A stretch of DNA of 40,874 bases from positions 1-40,874 of IMG/VR virus record IMGVR_UViG_3300037408_000112; one strand, 5' to 3'. A program made the translations under genes and the position numbers. This document shows positions 23,457 through 32,239 of the stretch, piece by piece; the first letter of the stretch is position 1; each line of letters begins with the position of its first letter. The notes beneath the pieces were generated by a model. That model was not told the origin of the DNA and did not search any database. It saw only the letters and a list, made by a program, of their open reading frames with translations. The stretch comes from a virus (taxonomy: Duplodnaviria > Caudoviricetes).

Positions 23457-23659
23457 GCAGGACCTGTGAGTGCGGTTGCGGCACCGAGATCGGTGACGAT
23501 TCGCGCTTCGCGCCCGGACACGACAGCACGCTGTTCTGGCGCGAGGTGAGGGAGCTGCAGGAGATGCGGGGCGACACGCGCCCCATCACCCTGTTCGCTC
23601 TGGACATCATTCGGGGCGCGCGGTTCTTCGCGGTCCTGGCAGGAGGGAACGAGCGATGA
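23453..23659 (+). CDS. Small protein with a CxCGCG...FxPGHD metal-binding motif
   Basis: CECGCG...RFAPGHD, ATGA overlap. Confidence 0.7.
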   Translation: MSRTCECGCGTEIGDDSRFAPGHDSTLFWREVRELQEMRGDTRPITLFALDIIRGARFFAVLAGGNER

Positions 23660-24540
23660 CGACCTACTACAGCGTCGAGCAGCGCAGCGAGGACTGGCAC
23701 GCGCTGCGCCGCTACCGCATCACCGGGTCGGAGATCCCGGTCATCATGCGCAGCCCTGAGCGGGCGCTGCGCGAGCACGTCCGCAAGGTCCTGGGGCTGC
23801 CCGGCTTCCAGGGCAACGACGCCACCCGCTACGGTGCGGAGGCCGAGCCGGTGGCCCGCGACTGGTACGAGCTGACCCGGAACGTGACCGTGCGCCAGGT
23901 GGGCTTCGCCGCCAGCGACGACGACCCGCGCCTGGGCTGCTCGCCGGACGGGATCACCAACTTCCAGGGCGGCGAGGCCGTCGTCGAGTTCAAGTGCCCG
24001 TACACCGGCGACCTGCCGGAGGAGCCGAAGCCGGACCACGTCAAGCAGGTCCAATGGAACACCGGCATCTGCAAGCTGGACACCGGCCTGCTGGTCTACT
24101 GGACGCCGGAGGGCAGTGCGGTCTTCCCGGTGCCGGCCGACCCGGCCTGGTTCGAGAAGGCCGTGGCCGCCGCGCAGGACCTGCTGGCCGAAGCCGAGCC
24201 GATCCTGAAGGACCAGGCGACCGCCCTGGCCTGGCTGACTGCCCAGGAAGCCCAGATCGGGCTCAGGAGCGATCGGGAGTGGGCAGAGGCAGCCCAGGCC
24301 TACCTGGACGCGAAAGCGGCTCAGGCAGCCGCTGAGGCCGCCACAGAGGCCGCCAAGGCCGCCCTGCTCGCGCTGGCCGGCGACAAGCCGGCCGCCGGCG
24401 CCGGCGTCAAGCTGGCCTGGGTCGAGCGGCAGGGCCAGGTGGACTGGCCGAAGATCGCCAGGAAGCACGGCATCTCGGTCGACGAGATCGAGGCCGCCAG
24501 GAAGAAGTCGACGACCTACGCCAGGATCACGGAGGACTGA
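23656..24540 (+). CDS. YqaJ / lambda-exonuclease family recombination nuclease
   Basis: EQRSEDWHALR, ITGSE, GCSPDG, EFKCP and QVQ motifs. Confidence 0.9.
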   Translation: MTTYYSVEQRSEDWHALRRYRITGSEIPVIMRSPERALREHVRKVLGLPGFQGNDATRYGAEAEPVARDWYELTRNVTVRQVGFAASDDDPRLGCSPDGITNFQGGEAVVEFKCPYTGDLPEEPKPDHVKQVQWNTGICKLDTGLLVYWTPEGSAVFPVPADPAWFEKAVAAAQDLLAEAEPILKDQATALAWLTAQEAQIGLRSDREWAEAAQAYLDAKAAQAAAEAATEAAKAALLALAGDKPAAGAGVKLAWVERQGQVDWPKIARKHGISVDEIEAARKKSTTYARITED

Positions 24541-24815
24541 TGCACGACAGCAGGCGCACGGCGACGCAGATCATCGCCGAGCAGCTGCGGCGCCCTGGCT
24601 ACAAGGCCAGGGTGGCCGCCAAGTGCATCGACTGCACCTACGACGAGGCGGCCCCGGGAAGCTGGCGTGCGCAGGTCGACGCCTGCACGGTGACCGCCTG
24701 CCCCTTGTGGCCGGTGCGCCCGCGCAGGAGTGGCCTTCCCGGTAGCGTGACGGAGGACAGCGATGACGAACGAGGCGACGGAGAGACTGGAGAGGTTCCT
24801 GGTCAGGCTGCGTGA
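24540..24815 (+). CDS. Small Cys-rich phage protein
   Basis: KCIDCTYD...W..QV..C....CPLWPVRP motif. Confidence 0.7.
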   Translation: MHDSRRTATQIIAEQLRRPGYKARVAAKCIDCTYDEAAPGSWRAQVDACTVTACPLWPVRPRRSGLPGSVTEDSDDERGDGETGEVPGQAA

Positions 24816-25116
24816 GGCCGGCGAGCGGTACGCCCACGCGGCGGCGACCTATGAGCAATTCGACCACCAGCGGAAGGTGGTCCTGGCCGAGCAGATGAAG
24901 GAGGCGGAGGAGAAGGGGGCCACCTCAGCAGCGGCCCAGGAGCGGGAGGCGCGGGCATCGCTCACGTACTCCAACTTCCTGGACCAGCTGTTCGAGGCCA
25001 GGCTGGAACTGGAGCTGGCGCGCTCCGACCTGGACGCGCTGAAGCTGTCTGCGTCACTGGCGCAGACGATCAAAGCCAACGAACGCGCGGAGGTCCGCGC
25101 GTATGGCGCAACGTGA
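24763..25116 (+). CDS. Coiled-coil, UvsY-like recombination mediator candidate
   Basis: SAAAQEREARAS..Y...ANER, helical, located between the exonuclease and SSB genes. Confidence 0.5.
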   Translation: MTNEATERLERFLVRLREAGERYAHAAATYEQFDHQRKVVLAEQMKEAEEKGATSAAAQEREARASLTYSNFLDQLFEARLELELARSDLDALKLSASLAQTIKANERAEVRAYGAT

Positions 25117-25131
25117 GAGGAGCATCGAGCA

Positions 25132-25383
25132 ATGCCGTACAGCAACGTGGGCAAGGGCTTTCTGATGAAGGTCAGCGAGAAGAAGAGCGAGCGCGGCCCG
25201 GACTTCACCGGGAAGCTCGAACTGGACGACGGCCAGGAGATTCAGGTCTCGGCGTGGGTCGAGGAGAGCAAGAGCGGCAAGAAGTACCTGTCGCTGTCGC
25301 TGCAGGTCCACGAGGAGGAGCGGGCCAAGCCGGCGCCGCGTGGCCGCACGCGCGACGACCTCGACGACGACATCCCGTTCTGA
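25132..25383 (+). CDS. ssb: Small single-stranded DNA-binding protein (DUF736-like)
   Basis: PDFTG...VSAW...GKKYLSLS core with an acidic DDDIPF tail. Confidence 0.8.
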   Translation: MPYSNVGKGFLMKVSEKKSERGPDFTGKLELDDGQEIQVSAWVEESKSGKKYLSLSLQVHEEERAKPAPRGRTRDDLDDDIPF

Positions 25384-25384
25384 T

Positions 25385-25563
25385 GGTTGACCCGTGCCGC
25401 GAGGGTCCCCGCGAGGGGAGTGCGCGGCTCAGGCGTAAGCCGGGAGTGGCCTGACGTTCACAACCAACTCCGGCAGCCGGTACGGGGCTTTCCCTCGCGC
25501 AGACAACCTCAGCGCGGCGGTCTCCACCCCGGGACCCGGCCGACTGGCCCACGTCACGGGCCA
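25385..25563 (+). ncRNA. Candidate structured RNA or DNA element
   Basis: Multiple long complementarities and two GNRA hairpins in an intergenic gap of ~200 nt. Confidence 0.4.
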
Positions 25564-25586
25564 CTTCACCAACCAGGAGAGGACCA

Positions 25587-25940
25587 ATGGCAGAGACCGA
25601 GCAGTGCATCCGCATCGAGATCATTCTCGACCCGGGCGACGGCGACTACGTGGTGACGCTGGAGACCGGCTTCGACAACGAAACGAAGCCGCGCTGGCGC
25701 GCGATGTTCAAGGGGCCGATCGAGGCGTGCATCAGCGCGTCCATCAACGCCTGGACCGACATGCAGGTCGCTGGCGCCATCCTGGCGCTGCCGATCAGGA
25801 CCAACCTGCGCGGACACGAGGACATCTGCGAGGGCGCGGACGCGCAGCACTTCTTCCACTCCGTTGCGCTCGGCATCCGCGACATGGACCCGGAGGGCAT
25901 CGTCGTCGCTGGCAGCGAGATGTTCGGGAGGCCGCAATGA
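25587..25940 (+). CDS. Hypothetical protein
   Basis: AGGAGAGG SD, 117 aa. Confidence 0.7.
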   Translation: MAETEQCIRIEIILDPGDGDYVVTLETGFDNETKPRWRAMFKGPIEACISASINAWTDMQVAGAILALPIRTNLRGHEDICEGADAQHFFHSVALGIRDMDPEGIVVAGSEMFGRPQ

Positions 25941-26122
25941 CCATCTTCTGCGACGTCATCCCGAAGACCAACGCCGAGCGCCTCGAAGAGTGGCTCGACA
26001 AGGATGGGCCGCTGCGTCACTTCGAGGAGCGATGGCCGGGCGTGCCGTTCGATGTTGCGCACGCGATCGAGCACTGCGAGTACGTGGCGATCCACAACTC
26101 ACTGAGGAGACAGGCCGAATGA
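25937..26122 (+). CDS. Hypothetical protein (61 aa)
   Basis: GGAGG SD and ATGA overlap, MTIFCDV... Confidence 0.65.
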   Translation: MTIFCDVIPKTNAERLEEWLDKDGPLRHFEERWPGVPFDVAHAIEHCEYVAIHNSLRRQAE

Positions 26123-26280
26123 CTGACACCCTGAGATTCCTGCAAGAAGAGGTCGAGCGGTTGCGCGAAGCTATCGCCGAGCGAGACGAAGAGCTGCGCT
26201 CTCTGCGGCTCATAATCGCCAACAAGGACGCGCGATTTCAGCGCATCCGCGAGGCGCTGGGAGATGGCAATGTGGTCTGA
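26119..26280 (+). CDS. Small coiled-coil protein (53 aa)
   Basis: MTDTLRFLQEEVERLRE..., ATGA overlap. Confidence 0.6.
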   Translation: MTDTLRFLQEEVERLREAIAERDEELRSLRLIIANKDARFQRIREALGDGNVV

Positions 26281-26413
26281 TGACGACAACGACCTGAAGT
26301 ACGCGATGACCGGCGAGCGTAGGACAGATGAGCCGCCGTTCTGGCTCGCGTTGTTGCTGCTGACGATGCTCGGGCTGCTGCTGGGCTATGTTGTAGCCTG
26401 CATGATCAACTAA
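26264..26413 (+). CDS. Small single-TM protein (49 aa)
   Basis: Manual translation ...EPPFWLALLLLTMLGLLLGYVVACMIN. Confidence 0.55.
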   Translation: MAMWSDDDNDLKYAMTGERRTDEPPFWLALLLLTMLGLLLGYVVACMIN

Positions 26414-26417
26414 ACTC

Positions 26418-26490
26418 ACGGCACGGTGGAAGGTCGCCCGACCGGGCCACCGTCGCCGCTCCTCCCCCGGTCGGGCAACTTGAAGGAGTT
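26418..26490 (+). promoter_or_regulatory. H-type pseudoknot in the leader of the Gly-rich secreted gene
   Basis: ACGGUGG/CCACCGU stem crossed by an 11-bp GCCCGACCGGG/CCCGGUCGGGC stem. Confidence 0.55.
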
Positions 26491-26496
26491 ATCCTC

Positions 26497-26889
26497 ATGC
26501 GTAAGACGCTTCTCGCAGTTGCACTCCTGGCCGCTGGTGCGGTCCAGGCCGCCGGCTTCACCGCCGGCACCGGCTCGCTGGCCGGTTCCACGTCCGCGAT
26601 CAATTCGTTCGCGGGTTCCGCCATCGCTGGCGCCACCCTCACTGGCGGCTCCACCGCTGGGCAGGCGGCGACCGCTGGCACCGCTGGCGCCTATGGCGTC
26701 GGTGGCATCGGCATCGTCGGCCAGGGCATCGTGGCCGGCGGCGTGCTGGGCACCTACAGCGGCGCCATCGGTGGCTCCGCAGTGCAGTCCCAGATGGGCA
26801 GCGCGTCGCTCGGCCTGGCGGGCTCCGCCACGGCTGGCGGCTCGCAGGCCACTGGCGGTTCGGGCAGCTTCGCTGGCCTGGACTTCTAA
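26497..26889 (+). CDS. Secreted Gly/Ala/Ser-rich low-complexity protein
   Basis: Signal peptide MRKTLLAVALLAAGAVQA. The mature chain is almost uncharged. Confidence 0.8.
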   Translation: MRKTLLAVALLAAGAVQAAGFTAGTGSLAGSTSAINSFAGSAIAGATLTGGSTAGQAATAGTAGAYGVGGIGIVGQGIVAGGVLGTYSGAIGGSAVQSQMGSASLGLAGSATAGGSQATGGSGSFAGLDF

Positions 26890-26896
26890 GCCCTTC

Positions 26897-26916
26897 GCGG
26901 GGGCTTCGGCCCCCGC
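26897..26916 (+). terminator. Intercistronic hairpin (partial terminator or stabiliser)
   Basis: GCGGGGGC-TTCG-GCCCCCGC with no U-tract. Confidence 0.5.
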
Positions 26917-26934
26917 ATCACTCAGGAGAGAGAC

Positions 26935-27489
26935 ATGTTCCGCAAATCCATTCTGCTGGTCGCGCTGTTGAGCACTGGCGCCGTTGCCGGTAACAGCATC
27001 GACGTCAGCTCCGGGTCGAGCGCCAATTCTGGCTCGGTGTCCAGTTCGCAGTCGGGCAGCTACAGCAACACGGGCGCGGCGACCGCTGGCAACGCCCAGA
27101 ACATCAGCTTCACCAACCCGGGCACGGTCAACTACAGCGGCTCGCATTCCGTGCGCAACGTACCCGACGTCACCACCATCATTCCCGGCATGACCGCGCC
27201 CTGCTACGTTTCGGCCGGCGTGTCCGGCTCGGGCGTCGGCTTCGGCTTCGGTGTCGCCTCCGGCATCGAGGACAAGGACTGCACCGCGCGGGAGGATGCC
27301 CGCACCCTGCTGGCGATGGGGCTGAAGGATGAGGCGGTTGCCAGGCTGTGTCAGCGTGACACCATGGCGAAGGCGCTCGGCGTGAAGTGCGGCGTTCCGA
27401 CGCAGCTTCCGGCCAGCTCCCCGCAGGTGTCCTACAACCCGTCGACCCGCACGACCACCGTGCGCGAGATGAACGGCTTCAACCACTGA
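26935..27489 (+). CDS. Secreted Ser-rich protein with a Cys-containing C-terminal domain
   Basis: Signal peptide, SSGSSANSGS segment, then PC..S.G.SG.G.GFG...D.DC...AR.L..MG....A.A.LCQ. Confidence 0.8.
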   Translation: MFRKSILLVALLSTGAVAGNSIDVSSGSSANSGSVSSSQSGSYSNTGAATAGNAQNISFTNPGTVNYSGSHSVRNVPDVTTIIPGMTAPCYVSAGVSGSGVGFGFGVASGIEDKDCTAREDARTLLAMGLKDEAVARLCQRDTMAKALGVKCGVPTQLPASSPQVSYNPSTRTTTVREMNGFNH

Positions 27490-27500
27490 AGGAGCAACCG

Positions 27501-27944
27501 ATGAGTGCAATCTTTCGCGTTCTTTCCGGCACCGCCCGCATGCGCGTCGCCGGCCTGGAGGCCGACGTCACCGCGCCCTGGGAAGAGGCCGGCATCGAGT
27601 ACGCGCCCGCCGTCGCCAGGCCGAAGGACCTCAGCGGCATCGAGCGGTTCAAGGCTGCGGTGGCAGAGGGGATGCTGACCGACCTGCAGGCGCCCGCGAT
27701 GGGGGCCGCTGACGTCATCCCCGGGCAAGGGCGGCGCGGGCAGCAGGTCCAAGCCCGCGTCCAGGTCGAGGCCGTCGACGACCCGGTCTATCTGCGCATC
27801 TGGCAGGACCGCACGTCGGCGCATCCTGACGAGACGTTCGGCCGGGGGGCTGAGGCGTCAGAGACGCTGCTGCAGCCTGGCGAGGTCTGGGAGGGCAACG
27901 TCGCCCACCAGAACGCCTGGACGGTGATTGCCGTCACCGGCTAA
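27501..27944 (+). CDS. Hypothetical protein (147 aa)
   Basis: AAGGAG SD, MSAIFRV... Confidence 0.7.
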   Translation: MSAIFRVLSGTARMRVAGLEADVTAPWEEAGIEYAPAVARPKDLSGIERFKAAVAEGMLTDLQAPAMGAADVIPGQGRRGQQVQARVQVEAVDDPVYLRIWQDRTSAHPDETFGRGAEASETLLQPGEVWEGNVAHQNAWTVIAVTG

Positions 27945-27967
27945 CGCTCTCCCCACGCGAAGTCTTC

Positions 27968-27994
27968 GGGCGCCTTCGGGCGCCCTTCTTTTTT
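27968..27994 (+). terminator. Rho-independent terminator
   Basis: GGGCGCC-TTCG-GGCGCCC followed by TTCTTTTTT. Confidence 0.8.
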
Positions 27995-28004
27995 GGAGGT
28001 GACG

Positions 28005-28334
28005 ATGAAGACGAACCCCTACTGGGGCGACGGCGGCTGGCTGCTCAGGACCTACACCTGGAAGGGCGAGCCCTATATCGCCGTGTACCGTGGCCGGCGC
28101 CGGCTCGGCGTCATCCGTGGCGAGCCCGAGATCGCTCACGAGCTGGCCAAGCTGGCTGGCGGGAAGGTCATCGAGCTGGGCGAGGTGCGCGAGACGCCGA
28201 CCATCCAGGTCAAGCAGTGGACCTGCTACGAGCCGTTCGAGGCTATCGGCAACGGCTGGGGCAGCTACGACGGCCCGAGCACCAAGGCCGAGATCGAGGA
28301 GGCCGACGCCAACCGTCCCGGCTGGGACGATTAG
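28005..28334 (+). CDS. Hypothetical protein, last rightward gene
   Basis: GGAGGT SD. Its stop overlaps the stop of the convergent late gene. Confidence 0.7.
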   Translation: MKTNPYWGDGGWLLRTYTWKGEPYIAVYRGRRRLGVIRGEPEIAHELAKLAGGKVIELGEVRETPTIQVKQWTCYEPFEAIGNGWGSYDGPSTKAEIEEADANRPGWDD

Positions 28335-30028
28335 CGCCCGGTGAGATCGGGGTACAGGGACGTGCCGCCGATCGCTCCACCCAACCCCTGCGGGATGCTG
28401 CCAGCGCCCTGCAGCGCCCTCACCAGCAGCCGCTGCGCCATGGGCGACCACAGCGCCTGCCCACCGAGATAGAGCCCACCACCCAGCATCGCCGTCGTCA
28501 GCGGATCGACCAGCGCCCCGCCGCCGGCCAGCCCGGCCGTCATGGCCCGCTCGGTCGTCCCGGACGTCGGCACGCGATCACCAAGGACCCGCTGGCCCAG
28601 GTTCGCGATGTCCTGCATCGGCGCTTCGCCGGCCGCCGCCTGGCGGTGCCGCACCGAGCGGTCGCTGTACTTCGCCGCGAGCTGCAGCTGGCCTGGCGTG
28701 AACACGCCCTCCTTCGCCGCCGTGCGGTTCGCTGCGGCCTCAAGGCGGACCAGGTTCGCGTATGCCCGGTCGGCCACGTTCAGCGCCTGCGCATAGGCCG
28801 GGTTCTGATCGGCCGCCGCGCTTCGCAGGATGTTGCGCAGCTCGCGGAACGCATCCTGCGCCTGGCCCTCGCTCTTGGCGATCGCCGTGGACAATTCGCT
28901 GTCCAGTTCCTTGAAGTTAACCGGGTCGAAGCCCTGCGCCCTTCCCAGGCGCGGGCCGAACTTGTCGCGCATGAACTGACTGAAGGCGCGACGCGCATCG
29001 CCAGTGGCGTAGCGCATGTTCTGGGTCAGCTGCATGATCTCCTGCCCGGCCGTGATCGGCTGCGTGCCGGGCCCGGCGAGCGTTGCCGTGCCCTGCGGAC
29101 GGTTGAGCAGGATGCCGCCAGGGGCCAGCTGCTCCGCCTCGCGGTAGGCGCGGTTCGCCATGTTCTGCATCTGCTGAATGCCGCGCTGGCCGATCTCGGT
29201 CACGTCCCCAGGCAGCCCCTCCATCGCCCGCCGCTCGGCCGCGAGGATCCACTGGTCCTGCGCCCGCTGCCTGGCCGCGCCGATCGCGTCCCCGAGCAGG
29301 GGGATGCTGCCGAGCTTCTCCTCAGTCCTCGACGCCATCCCACCCATCGCCTGGCCGATCGTCGGCTCGACGCCTTCGGCCTGCAGCGCCCGCACGTCAG
29401 CCCGCCCGGCATTCCTGCCAAGCGCACCCAACCCGCCGATCACCGCCTCACCGGCCGCGCCAGCCCCGGCGCCGATGCCGGTCTGAATCGCCTTCTGGGT
29501 CCAGAAGTCGTCGCCCCCTGTCACCGGCGTGGTCAGCGCGCCCGTCGCCGCGCCGATGCCGGCGCCCTGCGCCAGCCGGCCGCCGAGCGACGCCGCCTGC
29601 GGCAGCAGCCGCGAGATGCCGGACGCCCAGCCACCGGCCAGCGTGCCGCCGACGTTGCCGCCGATCCGGCCCCAGTCAACACCCTCTTCGCCGGCCGCCT
29701 GCCTGGCCTGCTGGTAGGCCTGCTCCTGCTCCGCGATCTGCTGGCTGACGCCGCCCTCGCCGAGCCGCTCCAGCGGCAGCCCCTGGTCTGCCAGCCAGTT
29801 GTTCAGGGCGTTGACGCGCTCGGTGACGCCAGCCGGCAGCGCCTCTGACAGCAGCTGCGCCGGGGCATTGACGAGGTCGCGTAGCCCCTGCATGACGCCT
29901 GACGGCGCCTCAGGGCGCCCCAGGCCGCCGAGCTTGCGCTGCAGCTGCGCGAGCGCCTCTTCCTCCGTGTCGACGCCGCCGACCTCGAACGTGCCCTGGC
30001 CAGGAATCCTGATCTCGAAGGTCGCCAT
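28331..30028 (-). CDS. Internal virion / DNA ejection protein
   Basis: Gly/Ala-rich glycine-zipper segments, GVEPTIGQA and VPTSGT.ER motifs, last gene of the late operon. Confidence 0.75.
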   Translation of the reverse strand: MATFEIRIPGQGTFEVGGVDTEEEALAQLQRKLGGLGRPEAPSGVMQGLRDLVNAPAQLLSEALPAGVTERVNALNNWLADQGLPLERLGEGGVSQQIAEQEQAYQQARQAAGEEGVDWGRIGGNVGGTLAGGWASGISRLLPQAASLGGRLAQGAGIGAATGALTTPVTGGDDFWTQKAIQTGIGAGAGAAGEAVIGGLGALGRNAGRADVRALQAEGVEPTIGQAMGGMASRTEEKLGSIPLLGDAIGAARQRAQDQWILAAERRAMEGLPGDVTEIGQRGIQQMQNMANRAYREAEQLAPGGILLNRPQGTATLAGPGTQPITAGQEIMQLTQNMRYATGDARRAFSQFMRDKFGPRLGRAQGFDPVNFKELDSELSTAIAKSEGQAQDAFRELRNILRSAAADQNPAYAQALNVADRAYANLVRLEAAANRTAAKEGVFTPGQLQLAAKYSDRSVRHRQAAAGEAPMQDIANLGQRVLGDRVPTSGTTERAMTAGLAGGGALVDPLTTAMLGGGLYLGGQALWSPMAQRLLVRALQGAGSIPQGLGGAIGGTSLYPDLTGR

Positions 30029-30029
30029 C

Positions 30030-31640
30030 TCAGTCTCCGATGCGCCTGATCGTTACCCCGCCTTCCATCGTCCCGCCGGTCTGCGCGCCGCGCTGCTCGG
30101 CCTGTACGCGCCGCGCGTGCTCGCCGGCGATCGGCTGGCCGAACAGCTGCATGTGCGCTGCCTCGATGTCGGCCTGGTTAGCGGGACCGACCTTTCCGCG
30201 CTCATCCGGCGACAGCATCATCTTGTCCTCGACGCGCCTCCTGGCCCGCGCGAGGTTGGCGTAGACGATCGCCAGCGATCGCATGTGCTCCTCGTCGCTC
30301 TGCTGCAGGTTGATGTCGGAGGCCGCCGCACGCAGGGCGTCGCCTTCGGCATTGGACAGGGCGCCCATGCCGCGCATCTGCGGGATCATCGACAAGAACT
30401 GCTGGCCCTTCAGCTGGTCGAGCGCGACCTCGTAGTCCCTGGTCCTGGGCATGAAGGTCGGGAGCCGCGCCTCCCAGCCGGTCGCCTGCGTGCGCGCTGG
30501 CAGCTTCGCCAACCGCTCGACCGTGGCCATGGTGTCCTCCAGCTTGGCGATGTCGCCGGGGGCGTTCTGCCTGAACTGCACGTCGGCCTCTGCCTGCTCG
30601 CGCGCGGTGACCTTGGCCCGCTCCTGCTCGCCCAGGTAGCCGGGCTGGGTCTTCTCGACCGCGAACGGCGTCCCCTCGATCTGCGTGCGCCGCACGGTCC
30701 CGTCGGAGCCATACTGCACCGCGTACAGCTTGCCGTCCGGGCCGCGCTCATAGTGCGGCGTCACCCCGTAGTTCGGCAGCTGCGACGCAGCCCCGGCCCT
30801 GATCATCGCGGCCTTCACCGGGTCGATCTTGTCGAACTGCTTCGCGTACAGCTCGGTCGCCTCCATCTTCGCCCGCTTGATCCGCCGCTCTTCAGCGGCT
30901 GCCGCCAGCTCCTCCTCGAACTTCTGCCGCTGCTGGTGCGCGAGCATGCCCTGCTGGGCGCCGGTCGCGGCCCCGCGCAGCCAGTTCCCGCCATAGCCAG
31001 GGGCGGCCAGGATGCCCAGGCCGATGTTCCACAGCGGGTCACCCATCAGGTTGTTCCAGAACCCCCCGCCATGAGCCGCTGACGCGGCCTCTGGCGCGAG
31101 CTGAGGGGGCTGGGCAGGGGTAGGTGCCATCCCGAGCGGCTGCGGCCCCAGAGGCGGCTCCTGGCCCCCAGCGAAGGGGCTCTGCAGCATGATGTCGGGC
31201 AGCTGTTCGTAATCCATGGTCGTCCCCGTGCGAGCGCCGGGCTCGCCTTTGATCCCGAAGTAGTTGCCGCCACCAGCCAGGGACCTACCCCAGCCGGTCT
31301 CGATCGCGCTCTGCCTGGCGCCCAGCTCGGCCAGGTGCGGCGGCGCCCCGACAGCGATCAGCTCGCGCTTGCGCTGGTCCAGGAAGGCCTGCTGGTCCTC
31401 GTTGCGCGGAGCCAGGCCAAGGACCTTCTGCGAGTACGCCGGATCTGTCGCGTAGCCGGACGAGCCGATCGCCCTGGCAGCGTCCTCGAAGGACTGCGAG
31501 CCGATGACCTGCCCGTAGCGCGGCTTCTGCATCAGCCGCCACCAGTCGGCCGCGCTCTCCTGCGGGCTGCCGTACTGGCGGAACGAGGCGTTGACCGTGT
31601 GCCAGCCCCGCTGCGGGTCGTATTCCTGCGTCGGCAGCAT
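30030..31640 (-). CDS. Ejection protein with an N-terminal circularly permuted GH73 (FlgJ-like) peptidoglycan hydrolase
   Basis: FRQYGS..ES and GYATDPAY come before QSAIETGWG and NYFGIKG. C-terminal GMGALSNAEG motif. Confidence 0.8.
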   Translation of the reverse strand: MLPTQEYDPQRGWHTVNASFRQYGSPQESAADWWRLMQKPRYGQVIGSQSFEDAARAIGSSGYATDPAYSQKVLGLAPRNEDQQAFLDQRKRELIAVGAPPHLAELGARQSAIETGWGRSLAGGGNYFGIKGEPGARTGTTMDYEQLPDIMLQSPFAGGQEPPLGPQPLGMAPTPAQPPQLAPEAASAAHGGGFWNNLMGDPLWNIGLGILAAPGYGGNWLRGAATGAQQGMLAHQQRQKFEEELAAAAEERRIKRAKMEATELYAKQFDKIDPVKAAMIRAGAASQLPNYGVTPHYERGPDGKLYAVQYGSDGTVRRTQIEGTPFAVEKTQPGYLGEQERAKVTAREQAEADVQFRQNAPGDIAKLEDTMATVERLAKLPARTQATGWEARLPTFMPRTRDYEVALDQLKGQQFLSMIPQMRGMGALSNAEGDALRAAASDINLQQSDEEHMRSLAIVYANLARARRRVEDKMMLSPDERGKVGPANQADIEAAHMQLFGQPIAGEHARRVQAEQRGAQTGGTMEGGVTIRRIGD

Positions 31641-31644
31641 CGAC

Positions 31645-32226
31645 CTACCTCATCCCCCGCATCGCCAGCAGCTGCCGAATGTCCATCGGCCCCTGCCCGC
31701 CCTGCGGCCCCTGGTACGCCGGGCCGTAGTAGGGCTGCATGCCGGAATACTGGTCCTGCTGCGAAGGCGCAGCCAGCGACCAGCCGAGCCGGCCCTCGTT
31801 GTCGGCAACCATGCCGCCACCGATCCCGGAGCCCTTACCGAACCTCCGCCGCTGCATGAACTCCTGCAGGCGCGGGTCGCCCTGCTGCTGCTGCCCGCCG
31901 CCCTGGGCCGGCGCCGCAGACGGCGGCTGTGGCGCAGCCTGCTTGGCCTGCTGCATCATCGCCGCGCCCACGTTAGGCGCCTGCTGACCCCACCAGGGCA
32001 TGGCCCAATCGCCGGTTGCCCAGCCCGGTGCCGTCACGCCCTGGCCTGTCACGGCCGTGCCCATGCCCATCGCGTTCGCCGGTATGTTCGGCCCCATGCC
32101 GCCCCAGCCAGTCGTCTGTAGCTGGACATCCTTCGGCCGAGCCATCTCGATCGCCTGCTGCTGCGCCGCCATCTGCTCCTGCAGGCTTGGCCCCTTGCTC
32201 TTGCCGCTCTTTCCGCCGCCGCTCAT
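31645..32226 (-). CDS. Q/G/M-rich internal virion protein
   Basis: Start re-called to MSGGGKSGK, low-complexity sequence, within the ejection cluster. Confidence 0.6.
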   Translation of the reverse strand: MSGGGKSGKSKGPSLQEQMAAQQQAIEMARPKDVQLQTTGWGGMGPNIPANAMGMGTAVTGQGVTAPGWATGDWAMPWWGQQAPNVGAAMMQQAKQAAPQPPSAAPAQGGGQQQQGDPRLQEFMQRRRFGKGSGIGGGMVADNEGRLGWSLAAPSQQDQYSGMQPYYGPAYQGPQGGQGPMDIRQLLAMRGMR

Positions 32227-32239
32227 CGTTGCGCGCCTC

